This document shows positions 16,281 to 16,917 of a DNA stretch of 16,917 nucleotides, piece after piece. The notes beneath the pieces were generated by a model, which had not been told where the DNA came from, ran no database searches, and saw only the letters and a list, made by a program, of their open reading frames with translations. Positions within the stretch are counted from its first letter, which is position 1. Each line of letters begins with the position of its first letter. This DNA comes from Candidatus Methylomirabilota bacterium (GTDB taxonomy: Bacteria > Methylomirabilota > Methylomirabilia > Rokubacteriales > CSP1-6), in NCBI GenBank assembly GCA_046726415.1, contig JBKPAK010000181.1, forward strand, positions 1-16,917, read 5' to 3'. A program made the position numbers and the translations under genes.

Positions 16281-16302
16281 CGGCGAGCCCCGACGCTCGC
16301 CG
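16281..16302. terminator. Hairpin between convergent genes
   Basis: cggcgagc-cccgac-gctcgccg, an 8-bp stem just after the thioesterase stop. Confidence 0.4.
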
Positions 16303-16321
16303 AGCGCAGTGTCTGGCCCGC

Positions 16322-16917
16322 TTACTGGCGCGCCGGAGCCCCGCGGGTGCGACCGGCGGCGCCGAGCCGGCAGCGCGGCGCCACGCAGCTCATGGCGCGA
16401 AAGCACGGGTCTCCCACCACCTCGAGAGAGGCGAACAGGCGCGGGTCGAGCTGCTTCCGGTACCTGGCGAGCATCGGCTGGACCGCCTCCACGAAAGCGC
16501 CGTGCTCGGCGGCGGTGAGCCGGATGACCTCGTTCTCCCGCGGATCGAGCTTGGCCAGAACGTCTGGGTCTTCCGAGGCGGCGAGCTGCCGCTGGAGCGC
16601 AGTGGCCTGCGGCGCCGCTTCGTCCATGGCGGCCCGCACGTCCGGCGGCCAGGTCCGGTAGTGGCGCTCGTTGCAGATCATCAGGCTCGCGCCGAAGAAG
16701 TGGCTGCTCAGCGTGATGTAGCGGTGGTAGCGGTGCACGCCGAAGGTGTAGATGTTGGTGAGCGGGTTGTCGTGGGCATCGAAGGTGGCGCCGGCGATCT
16801 CGGCCACGAATTGCTTGATGTCGGCGGCCATCGGCACGAAGCCCAAGGCCCGGAACACCTCGCCGTGCAGCTCACTCATCTGCGTGCGGATTTTCAGCCC
16901 TCGACAGTCTTCGGGCC
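16322..16917 (-). CDS. dctP: TRAP transporter substrate-binding protein (DctP family), 3' part only
   Basis: The frame is open to the window end: PEDCRGLKIRTQMS...FRALGFVP...DAHDNPL...YITLSSH. Confidence 0.85.
   Translation of the reverse strand, partial: PEDCRGLKIRTQMSELHGEVFRALGFVPMAADIKQFVAEIAGATFDAHDNPLTNIYTFGVHRYHRYITLSSHFFGASLMICNERHYRTWPPDVRAAMDEAAPQATALQRQLAASEDPDVLAKLDPRENEVIRLTAAEHGAFVEAVQPMLARYRKQLDPRLFASLEVVGDPCFRAMSCVAPRCRLGAAGRTRGAPARQ

Overview
GC-rich bacterial window of about 22 genes or gene remnants. The gene content and style suggest a soil Rokubacteria/Methylomirabilota-like organism, but that is inference only. Most genes are catabolic: thiolase plus DUF35, a GDPD, a sulfurtransferase, a D-aminoacylase-family amidohydrolase, an LLM monooxygenase, an acyl-CoA dehydrogenase-family protein, an ICL/PEP-mutase family enzyme, a second thiolase, a PaaI thioesterase, and partial LivF and DctP genes at the edges. 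The standout is a minus-strand two-gene module (4000-5498): an ECF sigma factor translationally coupled (ATGA overlap) to a three-domain protein. That protein has an N-terminal zinc anti-sigma (HxxxCxxC) domain, an O6-alkylguanine methyltransferase domain (PCHR) and a C-terminal Ada-type Cys4 zinc domain, with no AraC HTH. This suggests an alkylation response switched by anti-sigma release rather than by an Ada activator. A candidate ECF promoter lies upstream of the module and a 34-35 bp-period direct-repeat triplet at its 3' end. The window also shows decay or assembly errors: two frameshifted genes, an internally deleted TPR lipoprotein gene and a probable rhodanese-gene remnant. No rRNA, tRNA, CRISPR array or transposase was recognised.
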